Below are positions 1 through 11,162 of a stretch of DNA of 64,000 nucleotides, piece after piece. Source of the DNA: Nitrospirota bacterium (lineage in GTDB: Bacteria; Nitrospirota; UBA9217); the NCBI GenBank assembly GCA_963845065.1, contig CAWJQQ010000005.1, forward strand, positions 96,001 through 160,000, written 5' to 3'. The position numbers and the translations under genes were made by a program. Within the stretch, counting starts at the first letter, position 1; every line of letters starts with the position of its first letter. Under the pieces are notes generated by a model that was not told the origin of the DNA, made no database searches, and saw nothing but the letters and a program-made list of their open reading frames with translations.

Positions 1-1
1 C

Positions 2-673
2 GACCGTTTCAGGCAGGTAGATATCACTCAGGGAGCAATACCGTCGATCCCTTTCATCCGCGACCAGTTCTCCGGGTCCAAAGTGCCCGGCATCAACGGC
101 TTTACCATTCACGCGCAGAAGCTCGGTCTTGTCTACAGCACCCTCGACTTCCCCGCCATACCTACCGCCGGGCTTTACGCAGAGGCATCGGTTGAAGAAA
201 GCGCGGAGGACTTCGGCAGCAGCGCCAGCTTCGTTCATTACCATGCAGAAGTGAAGGGCTACTCACCATCAGCTAACTCGAACTGGATAACGGTTTCCCG
301 AATCGTCTACAACCGGACTCCTGGCGACGATGTTCCCTTTCTTGAACGAAGCATCCTCGGAGGGGAGACCACCCTGCGCGGATATGGCACCTACCGTTTT
401 ATCGACTCCACCTCCCTGCTTCTTAACCTCGAAGAGCGAATCAGGGTCTTTCGCTGGACGGTGTTCAACGTTAGAACAGACTGGGAGTTGGCACCGTTCG
501 TCGACTTCGGCGGGGTCATGGGATCGCTCGGCGCAGCACGATACAGGGATATCAAAATCAATCCCGGCGTTGGCTTCCGCGCCGTGGTCCGCCCCAACAT
601 CATCGGTAGGGTGGAAATCGGACTTGGTAACGAGGGAGCAGCGGTATTTGTCGGACTCGGCTACCCGTTCTGA
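2..673 (+). CDS. BamA/TamA (Omp85) family outer-membrane protein, C-terminal part; 5' end lies outside the window
   Basis: Frame is open from position 2. Contains LGGETTLRGY (Omp85 loop-6 RGY motif), amphipathic beta strands and a C-terminal GYPF. Confidence 0.8.
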   Translation, partial: DRFRQVDITQGAIPSIPFIRDQFSGSKVPGINGFTIHAQKLGLVYSTLDFPAIPTAGLYAEASVEESAEDFGSSASFVHYHAEVKGYSPSANSNWITVSRIVYNRTPGDDVPFLERSILGGETTLRGYGTYRFIDSTSLLLNLEERIRVFRWTVFNVRTDWELAPFVDFGGVMGSLGAARYRDIKINPGVGFRAVVRPNIIGRVEIGLGNEGAAVFVGLGYPF

Positions 674-902
674 AGGCACCGCTTTTTAACGCCATGCTCC
701 AAACTGTTCATGGCTGCCCGCAACCGAGCGGAGTGCTCCGATGCGATAATGCTTTCGTCCTTGCCCTCCGTAACTTTCATTCGCTCAAATCATAGTGCCC
801 CCATGCAATACGAAAAGACACCCTTCCCGAACAATATTAATGTGAAAAGTGCAACTATCTCCGAGCGGTAGCTGCAAAACAGAATTATTTCACACCTTTT
901 CA

Positions 903-931
903 TTGACATTTTCAAGTGTCATTGCTATTAT
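903..931 (+). promoter_or_regulatory. sigma70 promoter for the idi-hopanoid cluster
   Basis: TTGACA (903-908), 17 bp spacer, TATTAT (926-931) with an extended-10 TG. A TGACA-N8-TGTCA inverted repeat overlaps the -35. Confidence 0.6.
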
Positions 932-1050
932 TATTTTGTAAATGCTGGCGTTCGTGTCCGAAACAAAGGGAAAATGCCGACGGTCGATAGATGATGATCC
1001 TGTACGTTTTAATTGGAATTCTATATTAATAAGGAAGATCATTCTTGTTA

Positions 1051-1582
1051 ATGGAGAAACAGAAAGAGCAGGTCGTCACGGTCGATGAAAATGACAATGT
1101 CATCGGCGAAGATAGCAAGGGAAAGTGTCATGATGGCGGAGGGGATACTGCATCGCGGCTTTCTCGCCATGGTTCTCAACAATGCAGGGGAATTACTGCT
1201 GACCAGAAGAAGTGACAAGAAGAGGTTGTGGCTCGGGTTTTGGGACGGTAGCGTCGCAAGCCATGTGTTTATGGGAGAGGATTACGAACATGCTTCAATG
1301 CGGCGGATAAGAGAAGAAATAGGTCTCGTAACCGAGAAGGTGAAATATGCGTTTAAATTTTGCTATAAAGCCGGTTATAACGGCGTCAGCACGGAGCATG
1401 AAATTTGCGCTGTGACCATTGTCCGTGGCATTGAAGCGAGCACCCTGTCTTACGACTGTAATGAAATAGCGGAGGTCAGGCTTATGGGCTTGACCGCATT
1501 GATGACGGAAATCAAGAAGAATGAGCATCTCTATACCCCATGGCTCATTCTAGCGCTGGAGCATATGGGCGGCAGACATTAA
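1051..1582 (+). pseudogene. idi: Type 1 isopentenyl-diphosphate delta-isomerase (Nudix fold), frameshifted near 1138
   Basis: ATG 1051 reads MEKQKEQVVTVDENDNVIGEDSKGKCHDG. One extra G moves the continuation EGILHRGF...LLLTRRS..K...WDGSVASH...RRIREEIG...EHEIC...YTPW into the +1 frame. Confidence 0.8.
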
Positions 1583-1899
1583 TTCCTACGAGGAGAATGC
1601 TTCACGGTGGTTTTTGTCCTAGAAGCTTCTCCTTATATTTTTTTTACGTTAGGATTCCATGCCGGGGCGCGATAACGGAGCAGCCTGATCCAGCCGGGCT
1701 TCCAAATCTTTTGGAAATGACGTTCAAACACTGATTCTTAACTCGAGATCATACACAGTGATTTATGGTGGGACCGGTTCACGACATTAGGAAATCCTCT
1801 CCTACTGCTATAATATCTGGCTGGCATTATCCGGTCTTGTACACTGTTCAGCAAGGCCGTCTTGTTGACAATTCAGCCACTGTTAAAGCATGGTTGACG

Positions 1900-2230
1900 T
1901 GATCTGTCTTACAAGCGGAGATACGGTTGGATGAACCGTGCGGAGCAATCGCACTGGGTCTTCCTGTTCTATTCTGTGGTTCGAAATCCGTATGTATTTC
2001 CACTGTTATCTTTCTGGGCATTTTCTTTTTTCTTTATCTCACCGCCCTCTCATGGGCGGTCATCAGTTTCGTCTTGCCGATGACTGCGGTGTCGTATCTT
2101 TAGCCGCGCTTCTGGCAAAGTTTTTCTTCGAGGAAGATGTCTCATGGTATCGCCGGGCCGGTACGATAATCATTGTGACCAGCATCGCCTTGGTTGCGCT
2201 CGGCGGCAAATCGCGGTCAGTCGATCGTTC
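1900..2230 (+). pseudogene. EamA/DMT-family small transporter remnant
   Basis: Fragments across frames: FFFLYLTALSWAVISFVLPMTAVSYL and AALLAKFFFEEDVSWYRRAGTIIIV. Boundaries approximate. Confidence 0.55.
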
Positions 2231-2360
2231 GCTTCCCGGGACTCATCACTTCGAATTTACTGGGGATCACGGATTGATGGCACTGACCGTTATTCCTGCT
2301 GTATTTTCGCATAAAGACGATCTGCCTCGATAAGGCCGGCCGTGCGAGGGAGAGGAAACA

Positions 2361-4379
2361 ATGAACAGATTATCCATAAGCGAACAAAATCCAGATTACC
2401 GACGCGGATCCGCGGATACGGCAAGCATACTGTCCGGCATACAGGAAAATGAACCTCGCACGTTCCCGGGGCGATCCTCGTACTTTGGACCCGTATCGGA
2501 AGCCGTGAAGAATACTCTGTCCTATTACCTTGACCGTCAGCACCCTGACGGGTACTGGTGGGATGAACTTGAATCCAACGTCACCATGATATCGGAATAC
2601 CTGATGCTCCTTCATTTCCTGGGGCTGCGGGACGAAGAACGGGATAAAAAAATCGTTCACAACATTCTTAGAAACCAGCGTGCGGACGGGACATGGTCGC
2701 TGTTCTACGGGGGACGAGGCGACCTCAGCACCACCGTAGAAGCGTATTTCGCCCTGAAACTCGCGGGCTTCTCCGCAGACGATGAGTCGCTGCGGAAGGC
2801 CGGTGAATTCATCCTCCGGGAGGGAGGAATTGAGACCTCGAGAGCATTCACAAAAATATATCTTGCCCTTTTCGGCCTCTACGATTGGCGGGCGATCCCT
2901 TCCATTCCAGTAGAACTCAATATACTTCCTGCTTGGTTTCCTCTGAACATCTACAACTTCTCGAGCTGGGCGCGGTCCACGTTTGTACCTCTGGCAATGA
3001 TCTGCGCGTTCAAGCCCGTGAGGACATTGAACTCCGGCATGACGCTCCGGGAATTGTACCGGGAACCGGACAAGGTGCCGCCGATTACGTCCGGCAAGCT
3101 GCCGCGCTTTTCATGGAAAAGGTTAAGTATCGCCCTTGACAGGCTCGTCAAGGTGTACGAGCGCCTGCCGGTCAGACTCTTCCATAAGACGGCCCTCAAG
3201 AGGACCGAAAAATGGATCCTCGACCACCAGGAACAGACTGGAGACTGGGGAGGCATACAGCCCGCCATGATCAACTCGATCCTCGCCCTTTCGGCGATGG
3301 GGTATTCTAACACTTCAGAGCCGGTACGAAAAGGACTAGATGCGCTGAAGAAATTTACCATCGAAAAAGACCATGAGCTCATTCTTCAATCATGCATCTC
3401 CCCAGTATGGGACACCGCTCTCACGTCCCTCGCAATGCTCAACGCGGGAATGGACAAATACCATCCTTCCCTGAAAAAGGCCTGTGCCTGGCTTGCCTCT
3501 AAACAGATTTTCCGTCGGGGTGACTGGAGCGTCAAAAGACCCTTGCTTGAGCCTGGCGGCTGGGCTTTCGAGTTCGAGAACAGCTGGTACCCCGATGTAG
3601 ACGACTCCTCCGTCGTTCTTTTGCTCCTCAACAAATGCGCGAATGAGAATTCCATTACATGGGAGAACTTCATCCGGGGCCTGCGCTGGGTCCTGGGGAT
3701 GCAGGGAAAAGACGGCGGATGGGGCGCGTTTGATGTGGACAATGATAAGAAATTCCTGAACCAGCTTCTCTTCGGAGATCTTGAGGCAATGATAGACCCC
3801 AGCACTCCCGATCTGACCGGGAGGGTCCTCGAAGTTCTCGGCTCGATGGGATACAGTCTCTCGAACGACGTGGTTATGCGCGCGACGGCGTTTCTCAAGC
3901 TTACCCAGGAAAAAGAAGGCTCTTGGTGGGGACGGTGGGGCGTCAATCACCTATATGGAACGAGCACAGTGCTAGCAGGGCTGAATGCAGTAGGAGAAGA
4001 CATGTCAAGTCCGTACATCCGGAATGCGGTGCAGTGGCTCAAATCAAAGCAGAACGCCGACGGAGGATGGGGTGAGAGCTGTGAATCCTACGTTCAATCT
4101 CCTTCAAACGCCTGTACAGAGCGAAGCACCCCCTCACAGACCGCTTGGGCGATTCTTGCAATGATCGCTGCGGGCGAAGCAGGCGGCAGAGAAGTCATGA
4201 ACGGGGTGACGTACCTTCTCAAAAGGCAAAAGGCCGATGGCACGTGGGACGAGAAAGAGTTTACGGGCACAGGGTTTCCTAAGTACTTTTATCTCCGATA
4301 TCATAATTACCGGAATTGCTTTCCTCTGATGGCTCTGGGCAGGTATCTTTCCGCGCTCGGGAACGAGGCGACCGGGTAA
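2361..4379 (+). CDS. shc: Squalene-hopene cyclase
   Basis: 672 aa with YPDVDDS (DxDD), QW repeats (Q..DGGWG), GDWGGIQP, CISPVWDT and FTGTGFP. RBS GAGG. Confidence 0.97.
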   Translation: MNRLSISEQNPDYRRGSADTASILSGIQENEPRTFPGRSSYFGPVSEAVKNTLSYYLDRQHPDGYWWDELESNVTMISEYLMLLHFLGLRDEERDKKIVHNILRNQRADGTWSLFYGGRGDLSTTVEAYFALKLAGFSADDESLRKAGEFILREGGIETSRAFTKIYLALFGLYDWRAIPSIPVELNILPAWFPLNIYNFSSWARSTFVPLAMICAFKPVRTLNSGMTLRELYREPDKVPPITSGKLPRFSWKRLSIALDRLVKVYERLPVRLFHKTALKRTEKWILDHQEQTGDWGGIQPAMINSILALSAMGYSNTSEPVRKGLDALKKFTIEKDHELILQSCISPVWDTALTSLAMLNAGMDKYHPSLKKACAWLASKQIFRRGDWSVKRPLLEPGGWAFEFENSWYPDVDDSSVVLLLLNKCANENSITWENFIRGLRWVLGMQGKDGGWGAFDVDNDKKFLNQLLFGDLEAMIDPSTPDLTGRVLEVLGSMGYSLSNDVVMRATAFLKLTQEKEGSWWGRWGVNHLYGTSTVLAGLNAVGEDMSSPYIRNAVQWLKSKQNADGGWGESCESYVQSPSNACTERSTPSQTAWAILAMIAAGEAGGREVMNGVTYLLKRQKADGTWDEKEFTGTGFPKYFYLRYHNYRNCFPLMALGRYLSALGNEATG

Positions 4380-5380
4380 TGAAGGTCCTTGTAACTGGAG
4401 CAACGGGCTTTATCGGATTTCATGTTGCAAAGCTCTTAGCCGAGAAGGGTTTTCACGTGCAGGCCTTGGTGCGCAATGAAAACGATGCAACGGCTCTCAA
4501 GGATCTGGGCGTGGCGCCAGTTAAAGGCGACATCAGGGATTTTGACGCATGCCGCGATGCGCTAAAAGACTGCCAGCACCTATACCACGTTGCTGCGGAT
4601 TACCGGCTATGGGTTCCCGACCCGGCCGTTATGTATGCAATTAACGTGCAGGGGACAAAGAACATCATGCGCGCCGCCCTGGTGAATTCCGTCGAAAAGG
4701 TCGTGTATACCAGCACTGTAGGCGTCTTGGCTGCACGCGCTGATGGAGCGTCCTCGAACGAGGAATCGTCAGCCGATTTCCGTGATATGGTCGGCCATTA
4801 CAAAAAGTCCAAGTTCTTAGCTGAAGAAGAGGTGAGACATTGCATCGAACAGGGCCTGCCCGCCATCATTGTCAACCCGTCCACGCCAATCGGACCTTTC
4901 GACAGAAAGCCAACCCCGACGGGGAAGATCATCGTCGATTTTGTAAACGGTAAAATTCCAGCATACCTCGATACGGGCCTGAATTTTGTCGACGTTGAAG
5001 ACGTGGCGGCCGGCCATCTAATTGCGGCACTACAGGGAAGGGTCGGTCAGCGGTACATACTCGGCAACCGGAATATGACGCTGAAAGAATTCTTTAGGAT
5101 CCTTGCACGCATGACGGGGAAGAAGGCGCCGGCCGTTTGCCTTCCCTACTTACCAATACTCATGGCCGCACACGTCAACGAGGCCCTGTCCACATGGATA
5201 ACCGGCAAGCAACCTGTAATCCCGCTGACCGGGGTGAAGATGGCGAGAAAGTACATGTTTTTCGATTGTGCAAAGGCTATCAAGGAATTGCATCTACCAC
5301 AGACTCCCGTCGAGGGAGCTATAGAAAAAGCAATACGGTGGTTCGAACACAACGATTATATAAAGGAGAGGGCGTTTTGA
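4379..5380 (+). CDS. hpnA: Hopanoid-associated sugar epimerase (extended SDR)
   Basis: MKVLVTGATGFIG, HVAADYRLWVPDP, YKKSK, NPSTPIGPFDRKPTPTG. Start overlaps the shc stop (TAATG). Confidence 0.92.
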   Translation: MKVLVTGATGFIGFHVAKLLAEKGFHVQALVRNENDATALKDLGVAPVKGDIRDFDACRDALKDCQHLYHVAADYRLWVPDPAVMYAINVQGTKNIMRAALVNSVEKVVYTSTVGVLAARADGASSNEESSADFRDMVGHYKKSKFLAEEEVRHCIEQGLPAIIVNPSTPIGPFDRKPTPTGKIIVDFVNGKIPAYLDTGLNFVDVEDVAAGHLIAALQGRVGQRYILGNRNMTLKEFFRILARMTGKKAPAVCLPYLPILMAAHVNEALSTWITGKQPVIPLTGVKMARKYMFFDCAKAIKELHLPQTPVEGAIEKAIRWFEHNDYIKERAF

Positions 5381-5447
5381 CAGAGGCAAGAATAAGCTAG
5401 CTGCAGATACGGACGATCGGAAAGACAGAAAACTCGGCAACGAGTGG

Positions 5448-6170
5448 ATGAAGTGGAAAGGCTACACCGACTTGCGGGAAGATGCAATCAACGAGAACCT
5501 TTCCACCTTCCTCTCCCTGGCATTGGGCGTTCTCATCATAATCATCGCGCTGCTGCTTCCCGAATGGCTCATGTTTAAACCCCGGGTTCAACAGTTAAAC
5601 CCGACGCTTAAGATGTATGCGGGTTGGGCGATCGTAGGTTTCGCGACCTGTCTTTGTAATCTCTGCACTTCTTGAAGGCCTGCTGCTGCGAACATTCAAA
5701 AAGTCCTTGTTCCCCTATAACTGGATTGAAAAGTTCGTTGTCTCACTGCTTCCGCAGTCGATCTGGCTCGGAAGAAAGTTAGGTATCAACAAGGACAGAA
5801 TAGGGAATTCCTTCATCAAGATGCACAATTTCGTGACCATGAGCTTAATCGGAAAGCTCAATGCAAGCCGGGTCTTGATCCTGCTTCCGCGATGCCTGAA
5901 AAGAGATGCCCGGACCTGATTGATGAACAGATTGAACGGGACAACTATGAATTCTACGCCGTTGACGGCGGCGAGGAGGCGCGGGAAACAATCCGACAGT
6001 ATTATCCCTCGACCATTCGTGCCATAACCAGTGAACTGGACCCGATGGGCGGCATCACGGATGTAGCGGACAAAATACCGGTGATCACCATGCCCAATAA
6101 GGACCTGAGGGTTTTTGTAAAAATAGCGACTTTACCTTGAGCGAGCTGGATGAGGCCCAAAAGCCTTGTC
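5448..6170 (+). pseudogene. DUF116 family protein, broken into at least 3 fragments
   Basis: Fragments read KLGINKDRIGNSFIKMHN...LILLPRCLK, GGEEARETIRQYYP..IRAI..ELD..GITDV..IPV and PEGFCKN, separated by stops and frameshifts. Confidence 0.65.
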
Positions 6171-6302
6171 GGCCGCACGGTCGTAACCGGAAGAGACTTC
6201 ACAACAGGGCACCAACAGTCCCGCAGGGTCAGGCACTGGGACACGGTGTACGTGAGCAGAGTACTTTCGGGGTCGGGCCGTTTCAATATTCGAGAGGTTT
6301 CT

Positions 6303-7304
6303 ATGCGCTTTCCAGTCAGCTTATATGCATCGTTAACATCATTTTTCACGAGAAATGCACTCACAGGTGTTAAGAGGTTCCCACTCGTCCTCATGCTCGA
6401 GCCGACGCACCGGTGCAATCTAGCATGTTCCGGCTGCGATAGGATACGGCTATATGATCACGAGCACACCGAAGACCTCACCCTCGGCCAGTGCATCGAC
6501 GCAGCCTTAGAATCACGCGCTCCGGTTGTGACCGTTACAGGTGGCGAACCACTCTTATACAAAGAATTGAAGCCCCTCGTGCGGGAATTGCTCCGGTTGA
6601 AACGGCACGTCTATCTCTGTTCGAACGGCATTCTTACCGGTGGCTTTATCGAGGACTTCACGCCGAGCCCGAGGCTGACGCTAAATATTCATCTGGACGG
6701 GATGGAAGAGACGCATGACCTCATCACCGGCAAACCCGGAACGTTCAAACAGGCGATCGCTTCGATCAAATTTGCGAAACAAAAGGGTTTCCGCGTGAGC
6801 ACCAATACGTCGGTGTACAAGAACTCCGATATCGCACAGCTGGAGATATTGTTTGAAACTCTCAAAGGCCTTCGGGTAGACGGCATCTTGATGTCTCCCG
6901 CCTTCAATTATGAACGGGTCGAGAACGACATCTTTCTCAGCAGAGAGGAGGCAAGGGATATGTTCAGGCGTATGAATTTTTTCAATAAATTCCCATTCAT
7001 CAGCTCCCCCCTCTACATTGACTTTCTAAAAGGGAACAGGCAACTGCGCTGCACTCCCTGGGGCAATCCGACGCGTAATCCGCTGGGTTGGAAATCCCCC
7101 TGTTACCTTATTACCGATGCTTACTATCCGTCGTTCAGCGAATTGATGGAAAAGACTTCCTGGGAGCGGTACGAGTCCGGAATCGATCCGCGATGCCGGG
7201 ACTGCATGGTCCACAGCGGCTATGAAGCGACCGTGCAGAGAATCGCCTTTTCCCATCTAAAGGACTTTGTCAGGCTTGTCTTTTGGAACCTGAGAAATAC
7301 CTGA
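6303..7304 (+). CDS. hpnH: Adenosyl-hopene transferase (radical SAM)
   Basis: RFPLVLMLEPTHRCNLACSGC (CxxxCxxC), CTPWGNPTRN..GWKSPCYL, RCRDCMVHSGYE. Start at MRFP after a GAGG RBS. Confidence 0.92.
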   Translation: MRFPVSLYASLTSFFTRNALTGVKRFPLVLMLEPTHRCNLACSGCDRIRLYDHEHTEDLTLGQCIDAALESRAPVVTVTGGEPLLYKELKPLVRELLRLKRHVYLCSNGILTGGFIEDFTPSPRLTLNIHLDGMEETHDLITGKPGTFKQAIASIKFAKQKGFRVSTNTSVYKNSDIAQLEILFETLKGLRVDGILMSPAFNYERVENDIFLSREEARDMFRRMNFFNKFPFISSPLYIDFLKGNRQLRCTPWGNPTRNPLGWKSPCYLITDAYYPSFSELMEKTSWERYESGIDPRCRDCMVHSGYEATVQRIAFSHLKDFVRLVFWNLRNT

Positions 7305-7317
7305 GGGGTCCGTAGGC

Positions 7318-8166
7318 ATGCTTCTTCTCGACACGATCCTCCTTAGACCCTACGTGTTCATCTTCCTTGTCATTTACCTCGCCGGGTGCTCGCTGCATCT
7401 TGGACTAAAGAGGGCCCTCCTCTTCGGCGTCACAGGATACGTTATCGCGTGGCTGTCGGAATTCTTGTCCATTAACATTGGCTTTCCTTACGGACACTAT
7501 TACTATCTTAACGCCACGAGAGGAAAAGAGATATGGGTCTTGGGCGTTCCGCTCATGGACTCGATCAGTTACGTCTTTCTTGCCTACGCGAGCTATTCTC
7601 TGGCACTTCTCGTCTTCTCGCCGCTAAGCCGTTCGAGATGGATACTGTACGTTCTTGAGACGAAAAAAATAAGGTACTCCCTTCAGGTCAGAATTCTCGG
7701 TGCTCTGCTGTTCGTTTACCTCGATATTATTATCGATCCTATCGCCTTGCGGGGCGATCGCTGGTTTCTCGGGCAGATCTATGGCTACCCCGAACAAGGG
7801 GTCTATTTCGGCGTCCCTCTCTCGAACTTTCTCGGATGGTTCGTTGTAGGCTTTTCAATGATCTACTTTCTGCAAAAGATCGACTGGCACCTGCTGAGAA
7901 AAGGAGTCCCAGATTTTATTGGTTACAAATATCCCTGGCGATTCCTAATCGGCCCCATCCTTTATTGCTGCGTTCTGGTCTTCAATTTGTCTGTCACATT
8001 CTTCGTCGGCGAGCACATGCTGGGATGGGCGGGAATCTTCATCGTTCTGCTGCCCTTGTATCTCACGTACGTGATCGTGAAAGACAAGATCTCCCAGAAA
8101 AACATCGAGACAGAGGTGGCGGAACACTATAGGGATTTCCCCCAAGCGATGATCGGTCACGGATAA
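7318..8166 (+). CDS. CruF-like (DUF422, carotenoid biosynthesis family) integral membrane protein
   Basis: SE..SI.IGFPYGHYYY, GVP, LD.IIDPIA, YFGVPLSNFLGWF motifs; multiple TM helices. Confidence 0.75.
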   Translation: MLLLDTILLRPYVFIFLVIYLAGCSLHLGLKRALLFGVTGYVIAWLSEFLSINIGFPYGHYYYLNATRGKEIWVLGVPLMDSISYVFLAYASYSLALLVFSPLSRSRWILYVLETKKIRYSLQVRILGALLFVYLDIIIDPIALRGDRWFLGQIYGYPEQGVYFGVPLSNFLGWFVVGFSMIYFLQKIDWHLLRKGVPDFIGYKYPWRFLIGPILYCCVLVFNLSVTFFVGEHMLGWAGIFIVLLPLYLTYVIVKDKISQKNIETEVAEHYRDFPQAMIGHG

Positions 8167-8253
8167 GAGGTATAAGTAGCAAAGTCCATTCCTCATCCAA
8201 ACTCGGATCGGTGATTGAAAATAAGAAAATACTTGACCTTAATCACGTAGTTA

Positions 8254-8994
8254 TTATCGGCCGATTATCCCGCGTTTAAGAAGCTTGGAGAAACGCGGAT
8301 TGATCGAGAGGTCAGATTTTAGAACTTCTTTTCGCAAATTTCTGAAAGTGGTCTTCGGCCAGTCCTTTAGGAAAAAATTAACTAGCCATTTCGGAATCCA
8401 CCCTTTCGGATCGCAAAGGAACTCCGCATCGACCCTAGTCTTTTTATCGTTATCGATAGAACTCAGGATAAAGGTCGCGTCGATCAGTTCGCCACGAATG
8501 AAGTTGGTATGCGGAGTAAATGGATAGCCAGATGGCTGATAATGGAAAACCATCTCTTTCTTGGACAGCTTGAAGCTCATTTTGACTTTCGACACAAAAT
8601 CACGGTCCGTGATCAAGAATGGCATCCCAATATGATCGTACTCAATGAAATTGTCCTTGTTTCCCCAACGGATGATCCTGGAGTCTACAAGCCCCGCTAT
8701 CCATTCCCGCCGCCTGTCGACATCAAAAATGACCGTCGCTACTAAGGGCAACGGTGCTTCAACGACGCCAATACCCCGAAACGCAACCAGCCTGCTGTCG
8801 CCTGCTTCTTTCCTAAAAATTTGAATCCCATCGGTCGTGTTGTCAACAGAGCGCCACTCAGACGCGTAGCTAAATTGTGCTAAGAGTGCAAAAAAAGCGA
8901 TACAGTACCCTATCTTCCTTCCAAGGCTACAACGAAAATCGCTCTGTGAGAATTCTATAGACGAATGCAATTTTATATAATTAGGGTCACTCAT
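8254..8994 (-). CDS. START-domain lipid-binding protein, probably exported
   Basis: W......DGIQIF, PF.ITDRDFV, DPKGWIPKWLVNF motifs; hydrophobic N-terminal stretch ending SYA. Start uncertain (ORF open to 9102). Confidence 0.75.
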   Translation of the reverse strand: MSDPNYIKLHSSIEFSQSDFRCSLGRKIGYCIAFFALLAQFSYASEWRSVDNTTDGIQIFRKEAGDSRLVAFRGIGVVEAPLPLVATVIFDVDRRREWIAGLVDSRIIRWGNKDNFIEYDHIGMPFLITDRDFVSKVKMSFKLSKKEMVFHYQPSGYPFTPHTNFIRGELIDATFILSSIDNDKKTRVDAEFLCDPKGWIPKWLVNFFLKDWPKTTFRNLRKEVLKSDLSINPRFSKLLKRGIIGR

Positions 8995-9209
8995 TTTTAT
9001 GCCTCTTGGTCTTTTCACGCTTTCGAAGCAGGTTTTGTTCTGTGCAAAGCGATTCAACGAAGTAGTCAGGAGGAGTATTACAGAATGATTATTTTCAGTC
9101 AAGCGTTTTTGGGGATTATCGCAAGGAATCCTTTTTTGAAAAAACTATGTTTTCCTAATTAGGGGCCAAAATTTTTTGTAACTGCGTGCTATAGTTTAGT
9201 TGAAATTTG

Positions 9210-10505
9210 AGTATCTGCTCCTAAAACGTTAACGTCTTGTTTGCCGACAAAAACAGTCACGAAGAAAGTAGCCGTTATGGGAAGAATAGTACAGATATAA
9301 AAGAATGGAAAGGTCAAAAAAGCAGAATGTCAATAAAGCAGAAAAAGCTACAATAAAAACGCTGCAGGAGTACGGGGCGCTCAATATCGAAGCCAAAGTG
9401 GAAGAAATCCAACAGATGATACCGTTTGCATTGATGCACGAGCTGGAGACGATTGAAGAGGATGTTCGCCGAGTGGCGGGTGAACGGTACGGCAGAGCAG
9501 GCCTTCCCGGTTACGATCGGTGGGGCAGTCAGATGGGATCGATACGCATCCATGATCAGAGGATCCCGATCCGATACCCGCGGGTTCGGGGGCACCATCA
9601 AGAGGAAAAAGGTGTCGATACCGTCCAATTGATAACTTCATCTGCTTGCCGATGCACTAGATGATTGGATACTCAGGCGGATATCGAATAGGATCAGTTG
9701 CAAGAACTACCGGAAATGTGCGGAGCTAATCCGTCAAGCGTTCTCCTCAAGCGCTTCAACGCTCTCCCAGAAGTATCGAGCAATGATAGGGGGTTCGTTC
9801 AGAGCGGGGCGGAGAACGCCGGGGTCACGAAAGGCCCTCAGGACGACCTTATCAGCCGGATATCAAATACAACAAGGGCATTTTTTTTTGCATTATTGAC
9901 GGTTCAAAGGGGTTCAGGAAAGGCATCCAGGACGCCTTTAGCGCTTATGGAGTCTTCCTACGGTGCCAGTGGCACAAGCGAGAGAACGTCGTAGACTACC
10001 TTCGGACCGATCTGCAGCCGACCTTTCGCGATAAACTGCACTGCGCATATGCGAAGGATGATGATGGAGAGGCCAAAGGTGCCCTCCAGTCGATCAATAA
10101 GGAGCTCAAGCTTATCAATGAGTCAGAAGTAACCAGCCTGGACGAAGGATTTAAAAAAACGCCGACCCTTAATCGTCTGAGTGTTCATAAAGAGCTTCGG
10201 TAGAGCCTCTCGACGACGAACATGATCGAGTCTGTCAATTCACTGATTGGTCAGCGGACAGATTAAGTGGATCGATGGTGCAATAGCAGTCAAAAACAGT
10301 GGCGGGTTGCAGCATCTTTATTCGATATTGAACGACGATTGAATCGCATCAGCTGATATCGATATCTTACAGCGTTTAGAGATTCATTGCTGCGTGAAGT
10401 ACATCGAACGTCGAGACCACCGGGATATGGTAAAGAGGCATCAGTAGCTTGAAACAACCATTATGGAGTTTCTACTGAATTTTAACTAAGAAAAAGATTG
10501 AGTCC
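9210..10505 (+). mobile_element. Degraded IS256-family element; transposase pseudogene
   Basis: AGERY...RWGSQ.GSI....QR.PI..PRVR at the N-terminus and SLSTTNMIESVNS at the C-terminus, with many stops and frameshifts. Ends approximate. Confidence 0.7.
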
Positions 10506-11050
10506 CCTTCGCTATGCGCAGTATTTCTCCGGACGACCACCCTCGCCTTAAATTGTGCTTTGGGAAGGGATGAGTCTCCGACATTCCAATTTCCCTCCAA
10601 AAGATTCCCGTTGTTCAATACTGCCGTCAAAATTGTGAAAGCACAGGATAAGTGAGGACTGTTGCAACCCAGAAATTCCAGAATCCAATGCGTAACGGCA
10701 TTTTCGTATAAGTCCGCTGCTTTGCCATAAACCATGATGTTTCTGTCATCGCTAATGCCTGTATCGCCCAGCATCTTTTCAATAGCAGGAAACATCGTAG
10801 TGACCTGCCTAGGATCAATCAAGGCGTTGCCAACATGTTGCCAAGATTTACAGCACCGGTAATGTGTCCCCTTTGTATTCCTCACCTACTCGCACGTCCT
10901 GAATGGACCAGAAGGCCGGCTTGCCTGGCTTCTCATTGACAATCTACTATTCTATTATCAACCACAAGATTCGATACATCTCCCGATAGTGCATTTCCTG
11001 TGTAAATAATAAGCACCAACGAAGCTGCAATTAATATTTTTTTTAGCGTA
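10506..11050 (-). pseudogene. Exported rhodanese/sulfurtransferase remnant, truncated at the IS256 end
   Basis: Signal-like LIAASLVLIIY, then DVR, HITGAVNL, EKMLGDTGISDDRNIMVYG, WILEFLG in shifting frames. Confidence 0.6.
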
Positions 11051-11162
11051 ACTATACTACCTTTCAATAACTCGTAATGATGTGATTATAGTCCAGAGTT
11101 GATTGTATCGTAAAGAATATAAGTCGGCCTATATAAGAGCTGTGGCTATAATCATTTCTGCG

